A DNA stretch of 64,000 nt. Source: Dictyostelium discoideum (lineage: Eukaryota). A model generated the notes under the pieces. That model ran no database searches. It saw nothing but the letters and a program-made list of their open reading frames with translations, and was not told where the DNA came from. A program made the position numbers and the translations under genes. Location: contig CM000150.2 of the NCBI GenBank assembly GCA_000004695.1, forward strand, positions 4,480,001 through 4,544,000, written 5' to 3'. Shown piece after piece: positions 1-12,003 of this stretch. The first letter of the stretch is position 1. Every line of letters starts with the position of its first letter.

Positions 1-414
1 AACAATTAATTTCGGATCGAAATTATAGAAACTATCTCTATAGTTTTGTCTCTTTTTCAATACAGTTATCCACGATAAACCAGCTTGTTGAGCCTCTAAA
101 CAAATCTTTTCAAATAATCTTTGAGAATCACGATTCTCTTTACCCCATTCATTATCATGATAATGAATATACTCTTCATCTTTAGTTAAACTTATCCAAA
201 AACATCTCTTTTTACTATCTAATGGTTTAAATCCTTTTTTTTCAATTGGTGCTTTTAATAAATCTTCACCTCCCTCTTCTACTTTTTTATTTTTAATTTT
301 ATTATTTTTTATATTTGTTGTTTTTTTTTTGACTACTGGAGAATTTACTATTATTGGGGTAGTAGTGGTGGTAGTTGATCTTTGTCTAGTGATAATTCTA
401 GCTGTTGATGACAT
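1..414 (-). CDS. DNA-3-methyladenine glycosylase I (Tag)-like protein, N-terminal part; gene continues past window start
   Basis: Minus-strand ATG at 414, reading frame open to position 1 (138 codons). Translation: MSSTARIITRQRSTTTTTTP...KKRCFWISLTKDEEYIHYHDNEWGKENRDSQRLFEKICLEAQQAGLSWITVLKKRQNYRDSFYNFDPKLIV. This matches the Tag family core (C-x-W, YHDxEWG, LFExLxLExxQAGLSW, ILxKRxxYRxAFxxFDP). Not in the supplied ORF track because it is truncated by the window edge. Confidence 0.6.
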   Translation of the reverse strand, partial: MSSTARIITRQRSTTTTTTPIIVNSPVVKKKTTNIKNNKIKNKKVEEGGEDLLKAPIEKKGFKPLDSKKRCFWISLTKDEEYIHYHDNEWGKENRDSQRLFEKICLEAQQAGLSWITVLKKRQNYRDSFYNFDPKLIV

Positions 415-1556
415 AATATAATTATTTGAAGTTGGTATTGAAAATAAATGTTTAAAGGTTGTAAAAGGATATTTAAACATGAAAGTTTTGAATGAAATAA
501 TTAATTTAAAAAAAAAGAAAAAAAAAAAGTGTTATTTATTTCAAAAAAAAAAATTAAAATTAAAATTAAAAATTAAAAATAAAAATAAAAATAAAAATAA
601 AGTAAAAACATTTTTTCATTTTTCCTGGAAATCAACCAAACGGTTTTTATTTTTAAAAAAAAGAAAATATCTCACATTCTCGTTTATCTTCGTATTAATT
701 ACCAAATCAATTACACACAAACTAGAACTTTTTTTTTTTTTTAAAAAAAAAGAAAAACACAGGATTAAAAAATAAAAATAAAATAAATAAATTAAAAAAA
801 AAAAAAACAAAAAAAAATTAAATAAAATAATATATAAAAATAGAATAAAATTAGTTATAAAAAAAAAAAAAAAAAAAAAGATTTTTAAAATTATTTACAC
901 ATGTAAAAAAAAAAAAAAAAAAAAAAAGTAAAATTTTGATTTTATAAAAATTAGTTGTGGAAAAAGTTTTATGATTATAACCATATATTGATTTTTTTTT
1001 CTATTTATATATTCGATTTAAAAAAAAAAAAAAATTTAATCACCAAAAGAAATTCATTAACTTAAAACATCTGAGCACTTTTTTTTTAAAAAATACATAT
1101 TTTAATTTTTCCCTTATATAATTATTACCACTTCACTTTGTAAATTATTATTATAACCATATATAAATTTCAATATTAACGATTTTTGTTTTTTCTATAT
1201 TTTTTTTTTTTTTTTTTAAAAAAAATTTCACAAAAAAGGAAATTTAGTGATGTGGGGGTTACATCTAATTTTAAAAACATATGGAGTGGAGATTTTCAAA
1301 AAAAAAAAAAAAAACAAAAATTTAATATTGCCAAAGTTAGTTTTTTCTAGGCAATGTTTGTACAAGGTGTCATTTGTTGATGTAATATTAAAAAGACTTA
1401 ATTGGTTATATTTATTACTTGTACTCAAATTTAAAAAATAAATTAAATTATATGTATTGATTTTCACTATAAATAAAAGTTTTTTTTTTTTTCATTTTTC
1501 ATTAAAATAATATTTTAAAAAAAAAATAAATAAAAACTAATACTATAAAAAGAAAA

Positions 1557-1909
1557 ATGTCAATTTTTAGTAAGTTTTTTTTTTTTTTTTAAAAAATAAA
1601 AAAAAATTATACACATATATTTATATAAAACTATATTTATTAATAAATTTTTTTTTTTATTTTATATTTTTTTTAGAATCAATTACTTCCTTATCAGTCT
1701 CAAAATCTGTTTCAAAATCATCAATTGGCCAAAGTGGAAATTTTGGAGGTGCACAAACCTCAAACCAAATAACTGGAAATGGTGTTGTTGCAGGTTCAAA
1801 AAAAAGTGCTAGTGGTGTTTATTATCATCATGAAGAATCAAAATCATCTACCACATTTGTTAGTGGAAGTTCTTCTGAAAATGAATTTGTTGGTGCATGG
1901 GGACATTAG
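1557..1909 (+). CDS. small Ser-rich protein, hssA/2C/7E-like; exons 1557-1569 and 1677-1909
   Basis: The micro-exon ATG TCA ATT TTT A ends at a GTAAGT donor at 1570. Acceptor is ttttag at 1671-1676. The spliced product is MSIFK-SITSLSVSKSVSKSSIGQSGNFGGAQTSNQITGNGVVAGSKKSASGVYYHHEESKSSTTFVSGSSSENEFVGAWGH*, in frame (231 nt second exon). A TATA-like tactataaaaag sits 15 nt upstream of the ATG. Confidence 0.4.
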
Positions 1910-2258
1910 AATATTTAATTTTTATAAACTCTTACTTTTATGTGAAAGTTTTTTAAAATGTAAAGTTACCTAAAGCTAATATTACCATATATAAATAAAT
2001 AAGTAAAATTTTTTTTTTCAAAGTAATGACCTAAAATGTGTGTGAGGGTTTTATTTATTTTTTTTATTTTATAAAGTAAATATGTGTCTTTTTTTAAATA
2101 AAAATATTAAAATACATTAATGTATAATATTTCAAACAATTTTAGCTAGTATAAATTAAATTTTTTTTATTTTTTTTTTTATTTATCAAATATTTAATTT
2201 AAATTAACAAATAAAATATTAAAGAAATAGAAATAAAAATAAAAAAATAAAATTTAAA

Positions 2259-2595
2259 ATGACACTTTTTAGTATTTATATTTTAATTTGTTCTTAATAT
2301 TATTTTTAAATATATTGGTATTAATATATATTTTTTTATTTTTTTTTTTTTTATTTTAATTATAATAGATTCAATTTCATCAATTTCAAATTCAAATGGT
2401 ATCTCTAAAAAAAGTTTAATTGTTAATGTTGATAGTAATACAAATGAAAATGGTGGTAATAGTGTTTCATGGTTAGGTGGATTCGATAGTTGTGGTGGTT
2501 GTGGTGGTTGTGGTGGATTCAATGGTTGTGGTAGTTCAAATTTAAATATTATAAATGTTGATATTGATATTGGTCGTCGTCGTAGATGCTGTTAA
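2259..2595 (+). CDS. hssA/2C/7E-family small Gly/Cys-rich protein; exons 2259-2271 and 2369-2595
   Basis: It has the same micro-exon architecture: ATG ACA CTT TTT A|GTATTT donor, tataatag acceptor at 2363-2368. Product: [79 protein letters not shown]. The MTxF start, SISSIS and the GGCGGCGG core are the family signature as I remember it. Confidence 0.5.
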
Positions 2596-2999
2596 TCACC
2601 ATTTATAAATAAATATTTTCAATTTTTATAAATATTTATCTTAATTTTAAATTTCAAATAAATAAAACAACCTAAATATTTAAATTGTTTAGTTTTATTT
2701 TTATTTTTAAGTTTTTGGCGAGTATACTTTTTTTCTTCAATGGGTTCATATTTCATTTTTTTTTTTTTTTTTTTTTTTTTTTATTGCAAAATAAAAAATT
2801 AACACCGTTTAAAAATAGAAATAAAAATTACAATAAAAAAAAAAAAATTACCCAAATTAATTTTAAAATTTTAAATAATCCTTTTTTTTTAACAAAAAAA
2901 AAAAAATTTAAGCGCCAAAATAAATCCATTAAATTAAAATAAAATTTTTTTTTCATTTTTTTTTCATTTTTTTATTTTTTTTATAATTTTTAAAAGGAA

Positions 3000-4724
3000 A
3001 TGAGAAAAAAAATCAAAATTGAATATGAGGAAGAAGATAATGAAAATAATAATAATTTAAGTGATATTACAGAAGATGAAGATAATAGTGATGAAGATTA
3101 TGTTGAAAGAAAGAAAAAACCAACAACTAAAAAAACCAATTCTAAAGTTAAAAAGAATAATACAACCACCACTACTACTACAACCAAAACTTCAATTAAA
3201 GTTAAAGATGAATCAATTGAATCAATTGAATTAAAACCATGTCAACATAGTTTAAAATTACATAAATTTAAAAATAAACAAGAGATTCAAGAGATTAGAG
3301 AATCAATGTTAGGATGGTATGAAAAGAATAAAAGAGATTTACCATGGAGAAAGCATGATAATTCACTTGACGAGAATGTTATAGCTTATAGAGTTTGGGT
3401 ATCAGAGATAATGTTACAACAAACTAGAGTGGCCACTGTAATTGAATACTTTAATAAATGGATTGAAAAATGGCCAACTATCAATGACCTCGCATCTACA
3501 ACAATTGAAGAAGTCAATAAAGTTTGGTCAGGCCTTGGTTATTATAGACGTGCTAAAAACCTATGGTTAGGTTCAAAATATGTAGTTGACAATTTCAATT
3601 CTAAGATTCCATCAGATGTTAAATCATTATTAGAAATCAATGGTATTGGTCCATATACAGCTGGTGCAATTTCATCTATTGCTTTCAATAAACCTGTACC
3701 ATTAGTTGATGGAAATGTAATTAGAGTGTTAAGTCGTGTTAGATCAATTGGTGCAAATCCAAAACTATCTTCAACAGTTAAATTATTTTGGGAATTAGGT
3801 AATGATTTAGTTGAATCTGTTGAAAATCCTTGTAATTTCAATCAATCCCTAATGGAATTGGGTGCCACCATTTGTTCTGTTCAATCACCACAATGTAAAC
3901 AATGTCCAATTCAATCAAATTGTCAAGCATATCAACAAGAGAAACAATTTATAAAACCTGAACCAAAAAATTCAATTTCAAAATTTTTTCAACCAAAAAA
4001 TAATAATAATACAAATGATATAGAATCATCATCATCATCAACAAAACCAATAGTAACATTAAATTTAACTGATATTTGTAAAATTTGTCAAAGTTTTGAA
4101 GATTCTGATGGTCCAACTGAAAGTGTTTGTAGATATCCAAAAAAAGTTTTAAAAACAAAAGCTAGAGATGAAAATGTAAACGTATTTTTAATTCATCAAA
4201 CAAAAAGTAATTTATTTTTATTAACTCAACGTCCTGATACTGGTTTATTAGCATCATTATTTGAAGCACCATCAATTATTGAAGAACTTCAATCAAAAAG
4301 AAAAATTAAAAAAGATAAAGAAGATGATAATAGTGAAGAAGAAGAAGAAGAAAATGATAAAAGTGAAGAAAGTGATGATGATGATGATGAAAAGAATTCT
4401 AAAAAAAGGAAAAAACCAACAACAAAGAAAACAACAAATAAAATAACAAAAGAATTTATAGAAAAAGAAATTTTAAAGAAATTATTTAAATCATCAACAG
4501 ATATAACAATTAAATCTGTTAAATCTATTGGAACAGTTTTACATAAATTCTCACATATTAATCAAACATTAACAGTTTATGATTGTCCATGTGATTTTAA
4601 AAAAGAACCAATTCCAAATGATAAATCTAAAACTAAAAATATTTGTTGGTTAAAACTTGATGAAATTCAATCATCAGTTGGTGTTTCAAAACAAATGTTA
4701 AAATGTTTTGATTTAATAAAATAA
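3000..4724 (+). CDS. myh: A/G-specific adenine DNA glycosylase (MutY/MUTYH homolog)
   Basis: A 574-aa ORF. It has an HhH-GPD domain (LLEINGIGPYTAGAISSIAFNKPVPLVDGNVIRVLSRV) and an Endo III-type 4Fe-4S cluster loop (CSVQSPQCKQCPIQSNC). The C-terminal region is NUDIX-like. Charged low-complexity inserts are typical of this genome. The symbol is from memory of the Dictyostelium mutY-homolog name and is unverified. Confidence 0.85.
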   Translation: MRKKIKIEYEEEDNENNNNLSDITEDEDNSDEDYVERKKKPTTKKTNSKVKKNNTTTTTTTTKTSIKVKDESIESIELKPCQHSLKLHKFKNKQEIQEIRESMLGWYEKNKRDLPWRKHDNSLDENVIAYRVWVSEIMLQQTRVATVIEYFNKWIEKWPTINDLASTTIEEVNKVWSGLGYYRRAKNLWLGSKYVVDNFNSKIPSDVKSLLEINGIGPYTAGAISSIAFNKPVPLVDGNVIRVLSRVRSIGANPKLSSTVKLFWELGNDLVESVENPCNFNQSLMELGATICSVQSPQCKQCPIQSNCQAYQQEKQFIKPEPKNSISKFFQPKNNNNTNDIESSSSSTKPIVTLNLTDICKICQSFEDSDGPTESVCRYPKKVLKTKARDENVNVFLIHQTKSNLFLLTQRPDTGLLASLFEAPSIIEELQSKRKIKKDKEDDNSEEEEEENDKSEESDDDDDEKNSKKRKKPTTKKTTNKITKEFIEKEILKKLFKSSTDITIKSVKSIGTVLHKFSHINQTLTVYDCPCDFKKEPIPNDKSKTKNICWLKLDEIQSSVGVSKQMLKCFDLIK

Positions 4725-4789
4725 AATTAATCTTTTTTTTATTATTTATTTATTTTATTTTTTATTTTTTATTTTTTATTTTTTATTTT

Positions 4790-5548
4790 TTATTTTAATT
4801 TTACTGATACAGCTTGTCTACCTAATTGTCTCCATCTTTTTAAAAATAAATTTTTAGGATATTTTTCAATTTTACCTGTATGTGGATCAGTGATTATTAC
4901 AACATTTTCAATCTCATCAAATCCTGATAAGGTTGCACAATGTTCAGGTGATACCCAATAAAGTGGTTGTGATTGATTTTTAATATCAAACCATTCATCA
5001 GTAATTTTTGGTTCTTTTAATTCTAATGTCATCCAAATTATAATTGGTGCGTTATTAAATATCATATGATTTTTTAAAATTTCAAAATCTTCTTCACCAT
5101 TATTATTATTATTATCATCATTTTCAAAATAATTTAATCTTGATTCAATATAATCTTTAGTTTCATTTTGTTTAATTAAATATTTAAATTTATTTATATT
5201 TGTTTGTGTTAAATCAATTACTTCAATATGTTGATTTTCATTATCTTGATATATAACTTCTTTTATTAAATTATAAATTGGTTTATGAAATATACCAAAT
5301 GATTCTTTTGAATAAGGTGATCCAATAAATGCACGATATGGATTACCACAAAAATTTGTAATTGGGTCTGGGTCTTGTTCTTTTATAATCTTATCTGCTA
5401 ATGATTCATTTGTAATTTTATATGTACTAATATTTAAATTATGACTTTTAATTAATGAATTTAATAATATTGATGTTGCTGTAACTTCACAACCAGTTGG
5501 TAATAAAGGATATTGATTTTGTGCTTTTGTTTCAATTTCAACTATCAT
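4790..5548 (-). CDS. peptidase C39-like (YvpB-type papain-fold) domain protein
   Basis: A 252-aa ORF. It has an N-terminal Q(x6)GCEVTATSILLNSL motif (Gln plus catalytic Cys as in Peptidase_C39_2), a central DPDPITNFCGNPYRAFIGSPY, and a C-terminal HCATLSGFDEIENVVIITDPHTGKIEKY (His plus the 'vvltGyD...v.DP..G' block). Otherwise a bacterial-looking domain. Confidence 0.5.
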   Translation of the reverse strand: MIVEIETKAQNQYPLLPTGCEVTATSILLNSLIKSHNLNISTYKITNESLADKIIKEQDPDPITNFCGNPYRAFIGSPYSKESFGIFHKPIYNLIKEVIYQDNENQHIEVIDLTQTNINKFKYLIKQNETKDYIESRLNYFENDDNNNNNGEEDFEILKNHMIFNNAPIIIWMTLELKEPKITDEWFDIKNQSQPLYWVSPEHCATLSGFDEIENVVIITDPHTGKIEKYPKNLFLKRWRQLGRQAVSVKLK

Positions 5549-5668
5549 GTTGTAAAAATAAAAAAAAAATAAAAAATAAAAAATAAAAAATATCCAAAAT
5601 GCATTTTTTTTTCAAACACCCAATTTTTTCATTTTTTTTTTTTTTTTTTTTTATTATTTAAAATTAAA

Positions 5669-6508
5669 ATGCAAGAAAATGATAAACTATTCTTTAAAGT
5701 TTGGAGAAACATAACAATATTAAATGAAATAATTTATCATTTAAGATTATATAGAGATAATTATAAAAAAGAATTTAAAAATTTAAAAGAGTTTAATTTT
5801 TATCAGTTTAGAGACTATATTTCAGAATTAGTTTTAGTTGATAGTAATGATGATGATTTAAATAATAATGATGGTGATAATAATAATGATGATGATTTAA
5901 ATTATTTAAAAAATTCAATTACATCATTAACTTTTAATGATAAATTTAATGAACAATTAAATAAAAGTAATTTCAGTTTAAAGAATTCTTCAATAAAAAC
6001 TTTAAAATTTGGTAAAATGTATAATAAAAAACTAGATTATGATTTATTACCAAATGGTTTAACAAGTTTAATATTTAATAAATTATATGATCAACCAATT
6101 TTACCAAATTATATACCATCTTCAGTAACAAATTTAGAGAATCCATATTTTTCAAAGCAAGAGGATTTGAATAAAGGTATTATACCATCATCTGTTAAAA
6201 TATTAAAATTTGATGATTCATTTAATTTTCCATTAGAAAATGGTTTTATACCTAAAAATGTTACAGATTTAACATTTGGTATTGCATTTAATATGATATT
6301 AAAAAAAGGTGATATTCCATTTGGTTGTAAATCAATTACATTTGGAATTTGTTATAATCAACCTTTAATACCATTTGAAAGTATACCTTTATCTGTTGTT
6401 AATGTTAATTTTGGTTTATGTTTTTCTCAACCAATTAAACCAGGTGATATTCAAAATAGTTTAGCAATAATAAAATTTAGTTTAAATAGGAAAATTTTAA
6501 ATAAATGA
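5669..6508 (+). CDS. FNIP-repeat protein
   Basis: A 279-aa ORF with iterated LTFGxxFNQPIxxxxIPxSVxxLxFG units (LTSLIFNKLYDQPILPNYIPSSVTNL; LKFDDSFNFPLENGFIPKNVTDLTFGIAFNMILKKGDIPFGCKSITFGICYNQPLIPFESIPLSVVNVNFGLCFSQPIKPGDI). This matches the Dictyostelium FNIP repeat. Confidence 0.75.
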   Translation: MQENDKLFFKVWRNITILNEIIYHLRLYRDNYKKEFKNLKEFNFYQFRDYISELVLVDSNDDDLNNNDGDNNNDDDLNYLKNSITSLTFNDKFNEQLNKSNFSLKNSSIKTLKFGKMYNKKLDYDLLPNGLTSLIFNKLYDQPILPNYIPSSVTNLENPYFSKQEDLNKGIIPSSVKILKFDDSFNFPLENGFIPKNVTDLTFGIAFNMILKKGDIPFGCKSITFGICYNQPLIPFESIPLSVVNVNFGLCFSQPIKPGDIQNSLAIIKFSLNRKILNK

Positions 6509-6596
6509 TAAAAAAAAATTATTATTATTATTTTTTTTTTTTTTTTTTTTTTTTTTTTATTTTTATAAAATTATATATATATATTAATAAAATATT

Positions 6597-9500
6597 TTAT
6601 CTTCTTGGTTTTCTTGTTATATAAACAAATGTAATAACCATAAGAGTATTAAATATCCAGAAACAAATAATAAGAGCTAAATTTCTCCATCTATTATCAA
6701 ATGACCAACCAAGTGTATTATAATATTCTTCACCATTGTTGTAAAGACAATAACCACATTTACTTTCATCACCTTCATTTATTGCTTCAACATAACCTGT
6801 TAATGGTTCTGAAATTGGGAAATATTGTTTACATGTCACACCATTTACAGCTTCTGGATTTGTAAAATGAGTGAAATCTTCTGATGTACACTTTACATCG
6901 GTATGTTTTAATACATTTGTAACAATACCTTCCATAAAGTAACGACATGGGTTTAAATGATACACCCATCCTCTCCAAAAGGTTGGAATTGACGATGGTA
7001 TTACCATTACTCCACAGAAAAGAAATAGGAAAACAATTAACAATGGAATGAGTGTATGTGCTAAAAACATGTTGAAACAAATTGCAGCTACAGCTTGACC
7101 GAAACTAACACAGAAATAGAGGAATAAAATGAAAATGAACCAAAAATAAAAATTAATATCATTGTATTCCGTATTTAAACCAGCTGTCCAAAAAGAGCAA
7201 AAGAAGAAAATTGTACCTGAAACTGTAATGAATGGTAATTCTACAACCACAATGGAAATTGCAAATGGGAACCAAGAATAAAATTTCGAAGCAAAATCTC
7301 TTTTAAAGTATTCTTTTTGCATAATGAATTGTGGAAGTACAACGAAAATTAATAAGATTCCAAGAATGAGTGCTTCAAAAATAAAGAATACACGTTGATT
7401 CATATCTGAACTTGATCCTTGTAATGACCAAAAAGTAAAACCAATAATTAAACCTGCAAGAGCTGATTGAATGAATGAACCATACGTATAGAATGGATCT
7501 CTCCACCAAATTAAATTTAAACGTTTATAAACTTCAATAGTTTGATACCATACTGATGTTGCAAATTCTCTAGGTTTACCATGGTCCTCGGTTGATGATG
7601 GTCCTGCTGCTTCCAATGCTGCTAATTCACGCTCAATCTCTTGTAATTCTGGTGATTGTTTCCAAGTTTCTGGCCAATTAACATCACTTTTACCATGTAC
7701 ACCTGCACCAGTTGCTTCTAAAATATATTCTGCTGGATTTTCACTTTCAGTACATGGACGAACACCATATCTTTCGAAATAAGATGTTAAAGTTTTTGAT
7801 CTTTCACCAATATCACCAAAGTAAACAGTTTTACCACCTTTTGCTAATAAAAGAATACGATCAAAATGTTCAAATAATACTGAAGAAGGTTGATGAATTG
7901 TACAAACTAATGGCATACCAGCATCTGCTAATTTACGAATAAATTTAACAATGTTATATGATGATTGAGCATCTAAACCTGATGTTGGTTCATCAAGGAA
8001 AAGAATATGTGGTTTTGCAACCAATTCTACACCAATTGTTAATCTTTTTCTTTCTTCAACGGAAATACCAACACCAGTTTCTAATGTACCAATTAAAGCA
8101 TCACCTAAATGTTTCATTTCCATCATTTCTAAAACATGTTCAACATAATCAAACTTTTCTTCTAATGAAACTGAAGGTTCTTGACGTAACTTTGCAGAGA
8201 AACGTAATGCTTCTCTTACGGTTAAACCTGGATTATGAACATCCATTTGTTCTACATAACCGGTAATACGTTCAAAATCAATTTCTAATGGTTTACCATT
8301 AAGGAAACATTTACCTTGAACTTCACCCATTGTTTTTCTTTTTGCTAATACATCGAGTAATGTTGTTTTACCAGCACCTGATGAACCCATTAATGCTGTC
8401 ATTTGACCTGGTTTAATCCAACCTTCAACATTATCTAATAGTAATCTTTTTCCACCTTTTACTGGTACAGTATAATTAATATTTTGCCAAGTGAAAATAC
8501 CACCTCTCATTTTTAAAGTATCTTTCATTTTACTTGTAGCATTTGCAACTATTTGATTTTGTTTCTTTTCTTCCTCAGCATCATTCATTTTTGGAGCTTT
8601 ACCTTTTTTATAAACTTTATGACTATAACCTCCACCAGTCCAATCGAAATATTCCATTGCAAACATATTCATAGCGGTAAATAGTACCCACCAAAGATAA
8701 GTGATGAAAACATTTTGAGTAAGATCATCTGATCTAAAGTGTAAATACTGATCCAAATAATCTTTACCTTCAACACTTAAAATACCTTCAACAGCACCAG
8801 GCGATGCACAAACTCTATAATCATTGTCGTATCTTGTAGGATTTTTTGGATCAAATGGAATTGCTGTATCATGACAATCAAATGATAAATCACCAAATTC
8901 ATTTGCCATAAGTGCTTTAAAAGCATAACTGAACGGATTTGCCCAATAAAACCAAGCAAACCATGGATGCATTTTTGGTTTTGGAATTGTATAACCACAA
9001 TATGTAATCATAAAGATAAGAATTACATTCATTACATTTTGACTAATGTAAAGTGATGGTGAGAAATTACCAAAGACACGGAAAAGATTTGTTGTTGCCA
9101 ATGTTGCACCTACTAATGTAAAACAGAAAATAAAGAATTTCCCAGCATTATATTGTAAACCAAACATAAAGTAAACTACAATTGAGAATAAAAATACTTG
9201 TATCATCGTTAAGGGTATATCAGTTACAATTTGTGCAATATGTAAAGCTGATGGACGATACATAGCGTAAGAACGTTGCTTTTGTAAAATACGACGACCA
9301 TACATAGTAAGTGGTAGTTCGGCTTCACTAAGGAAAGCATTGAATAGAATAGCTGAAAATATAGCACCACCTCTTGTAAATAAACCAGGAATTGTTTTTT
9401 CCATTTGAAAGAAAATTGAACCATAAACAAATGATTGAGTAAATACTGAAAGATAACGTGAAATCAATGAGAATTTATCACCCCAAATAATTTGAGAATT

Positions 9501-11085
9501 TCTAACGATTAATGCTTTGACTTGAGTTATATATGAAGTTGTATAAATTGATCTCTTTGGTGTAGTTCTACTTTTTTCAGCTTTAACTTCTTGAATGAAA
9601 TCAACTGCTGGTTGTTCAATTTCAATCTTTCTTTCATATTCTTTTTGTTCCTCTAACATATCTCTATACATTGAAGAGTTTCTCCAAGCAGCTTCAAAAT
9701 CGGCAGAAGTTTCTGGAACACGACCTTCAAATCCTTGTCTAATAATACGTTCTTGTGGATTTGTAACACCTGTCAAAAAATCTGGTGTTGATTTTCTTGG
9801 TTCGCAATCGAATCCTAAATCTATAAAATATTGTTTTGCTTTATTGCCAGGTCCAAAATAAATTAATCTACCTTTTTCAATGATTGCGACATTATCAAAT
9901 AAATTATAGATTGAATCTGATGCTTGATAAAATGATGCGATTGTTGTCTTATCTAATGTATCTGACATGATACGAATTGATTTTGCATAATCTAATGCAC
10001 TTGCTGCATCAAGACCACGAGTTGAACAATCATAACATGTAATTGATGCTGATGATACCATTGCTTCTGTAATTGTTAATCTTTTACGTTCACCACCTGA
10101 TAAACCTCTAATAAATTCATTACCAACAATCTTAAAAAAAAAAATAATTAATATCAATTAATAAATTAATTTTATTAAAAACTAAATACTTACAGTATCA
10201 GCTTGATGAACAATACCAAACATTCCTAATAATAAATCAAATATTTTTTGTCTATATGTACGTTTCTTTTCATCTGGCAAACGATTATGAATTGTTTTGC
10301 ATTTTAATGCGAAATCTAAAGTCTGACGAACTGTTAAAGTTGGATGATGAGTATCCTCTTCTGGTGTATAAATTGATTCACCTTGATAACGTTTCCATTC
10401 TTTCGCTGGGATACCACCATATTTAATATCACCTTTAACTTCAACATATGATCCTCTTTGATTTGATATTAAACGCAATAATGTCTATTGTAGTGAAAAT
10501 AAACATTATTAATATTATTTCTAAAAAATATATAAACACATATAAATTTATAATATTTACCGAACAACCAGAACCAGGACGACCTAATACTAATAACATT
10601 CCACCATCTCTATTGAATAAAGTAATATCATGAAGAATATCAAAAGTACTACCTTTCTCTTTCCAAGTTGATGGTTTAAACAAATTGAAAAAACTAATGA
10701 ATGGAGTTGACATATCGGCAATGACGGATTGATCAGCACCTCTACCAACAACTGTTAAATTTCTAATTGAAACACCCATTTTCTTTGGTTTTTGACCATT
10801 TCCTAATGCCATACGTTGAGAATTTTCAAAGTATCTTCTTAATTTAAAATCTTCATCATTTTCATCATGATTATTTTCAGCATCATGACCTGCCAAATAT
10901 TGTTTTGAATCGATTTCCAATTCTCTTTCGACATTTTTAAATTGATTTTCACTCTTTTGAATATCTGGTGAATCTGGTGGTGATGATCCATCACCAACAG
11001 GATTATCATAATTTGGAGGTGTATTAATATCTAAATTACTCCCACCTTCTTGAAGAGCAATTTCTCTTAATTCATATTCTTCCAT
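6597..11085 (-). CDS. ABC transporter G family, full-size PDR-type (NBD-TMD)2, paralog 1; exons 11085-10561, 10484-10194, 10130-6597
   Basis: NBD1 Walker A GRPGSGCS|TLL is split by intron 10485-10560 (gtaaat...aatag). The junction ...HQADT|[17 protein letters not shown] is split by intron 10131-10193 (gtaagt...ttttaag). It is followed by a 1186-aa uninterrupted ORF carrying NBD2 Walker [16 protein letters not shown], signature [12 protein letters not shown], Walker [13 protein letters not shown], and two 6-TM domains. Start is [12 protein letters not shown] at 11085. Confidence 0.9.
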
Positions 11086-11861
11086 TATATTTGTATATAT
11101 GGAAAAATAATGAATTTAAATTTAATCTTTATTTTTTTTTTTTCTTAAATTTATAAAAAAAAAAAAAAAATATAATTAAAATACAGAGATATATAAATAA
11201 TAATATAATAAATACAGAGATATATAAATAATAAAAAAAAAAAAAAAAAAAGTTAGTATTTAAATTTTTAAACAGAAAAAAAATAAAAAAATAAAAAAAT
11301 AAAATTAATTAAATATTAAAATTTAGATTAACAATGTTGTTATATATAAACATAAATCGAAATTTTGTTTTTAAGTGATGCAATTTAGCGAAGTAAAGAA
11401 TCATATTATTTTTTTTATTAAAAAAATGGGGTGTATTTGTGTGGGTAAAGAATAAATTAGAACAATAAGAATGTGGGGGTAATGGTGTTAAAAAGCAAAT
11501 TATATTTTTATTATTTTTATTATTTTTATTTTTATTTTTATTATTATTATTTATATTATTTTTATTACTATTATTGTTGCAATTAAAAAAATAAAAATAA
11601 AATTGTATAGATAATTTTACATTTAATTGACTTTTAATTTTACTTTAATCCAAAAATATTTTAATTTTACTTTAATCCAAAAATATTTTAGAATAATTAA
11701 TTATATGTATATATTAAATTTAATTTAATGAAAAAAAAAAAAAAAAAAAAAAAAAAAAGATAAAGTAAAATAATTTATAGTAATTTTATTTTTCTAAAAA
11801 AAAAAAAAAAGATTAAAAATGAAAATTCGAAAAAATTATTAATATATTATAAATATTTTTT

Positions 11862-12003
11862 TTATTTATATGATTAATGTTGGCGCATTCAATCGTTCAA
11901 AAACTAATCTAAAAGTCCAAATTTGGTTCGGAAAAGTCCCTATTTTAATAAACAATCAAAAATCCACTTTTAGAAATTTATTTTAAAATGTTGTAATGAG
12001 ATG
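11862..12003. repeat. left arm of ~140-bp inverted repeat in the ABCG inter-paralog spacer
   Basis: tttatttatatgattaatgttggcgcattcaatcgttcaaaaactaatctaaaagtccaaatttggttcggaaaagtccctattttaataaacaatcaaaaatccacttttagaaatttattttaaaatgttgtaatgagatgg is about 90% identical to the reverse complement of 12669-12810. Confidence 0.6.

Noticed and set aside
7712-8266. Plus-strand ORFs (7712-7942, 7958-8266, and their near-identical twins 14497-14727, 14743-15051; also 9595-9861 and 16465-16731) antisense to the ABCG genes
   Set aside because: They lie entirely within well-supported minus-strand ABCG coding sequence. Their 'conservation' between loci is simply the consequence of the gene duplication. 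No domain, His/Gln-rich junk composition.
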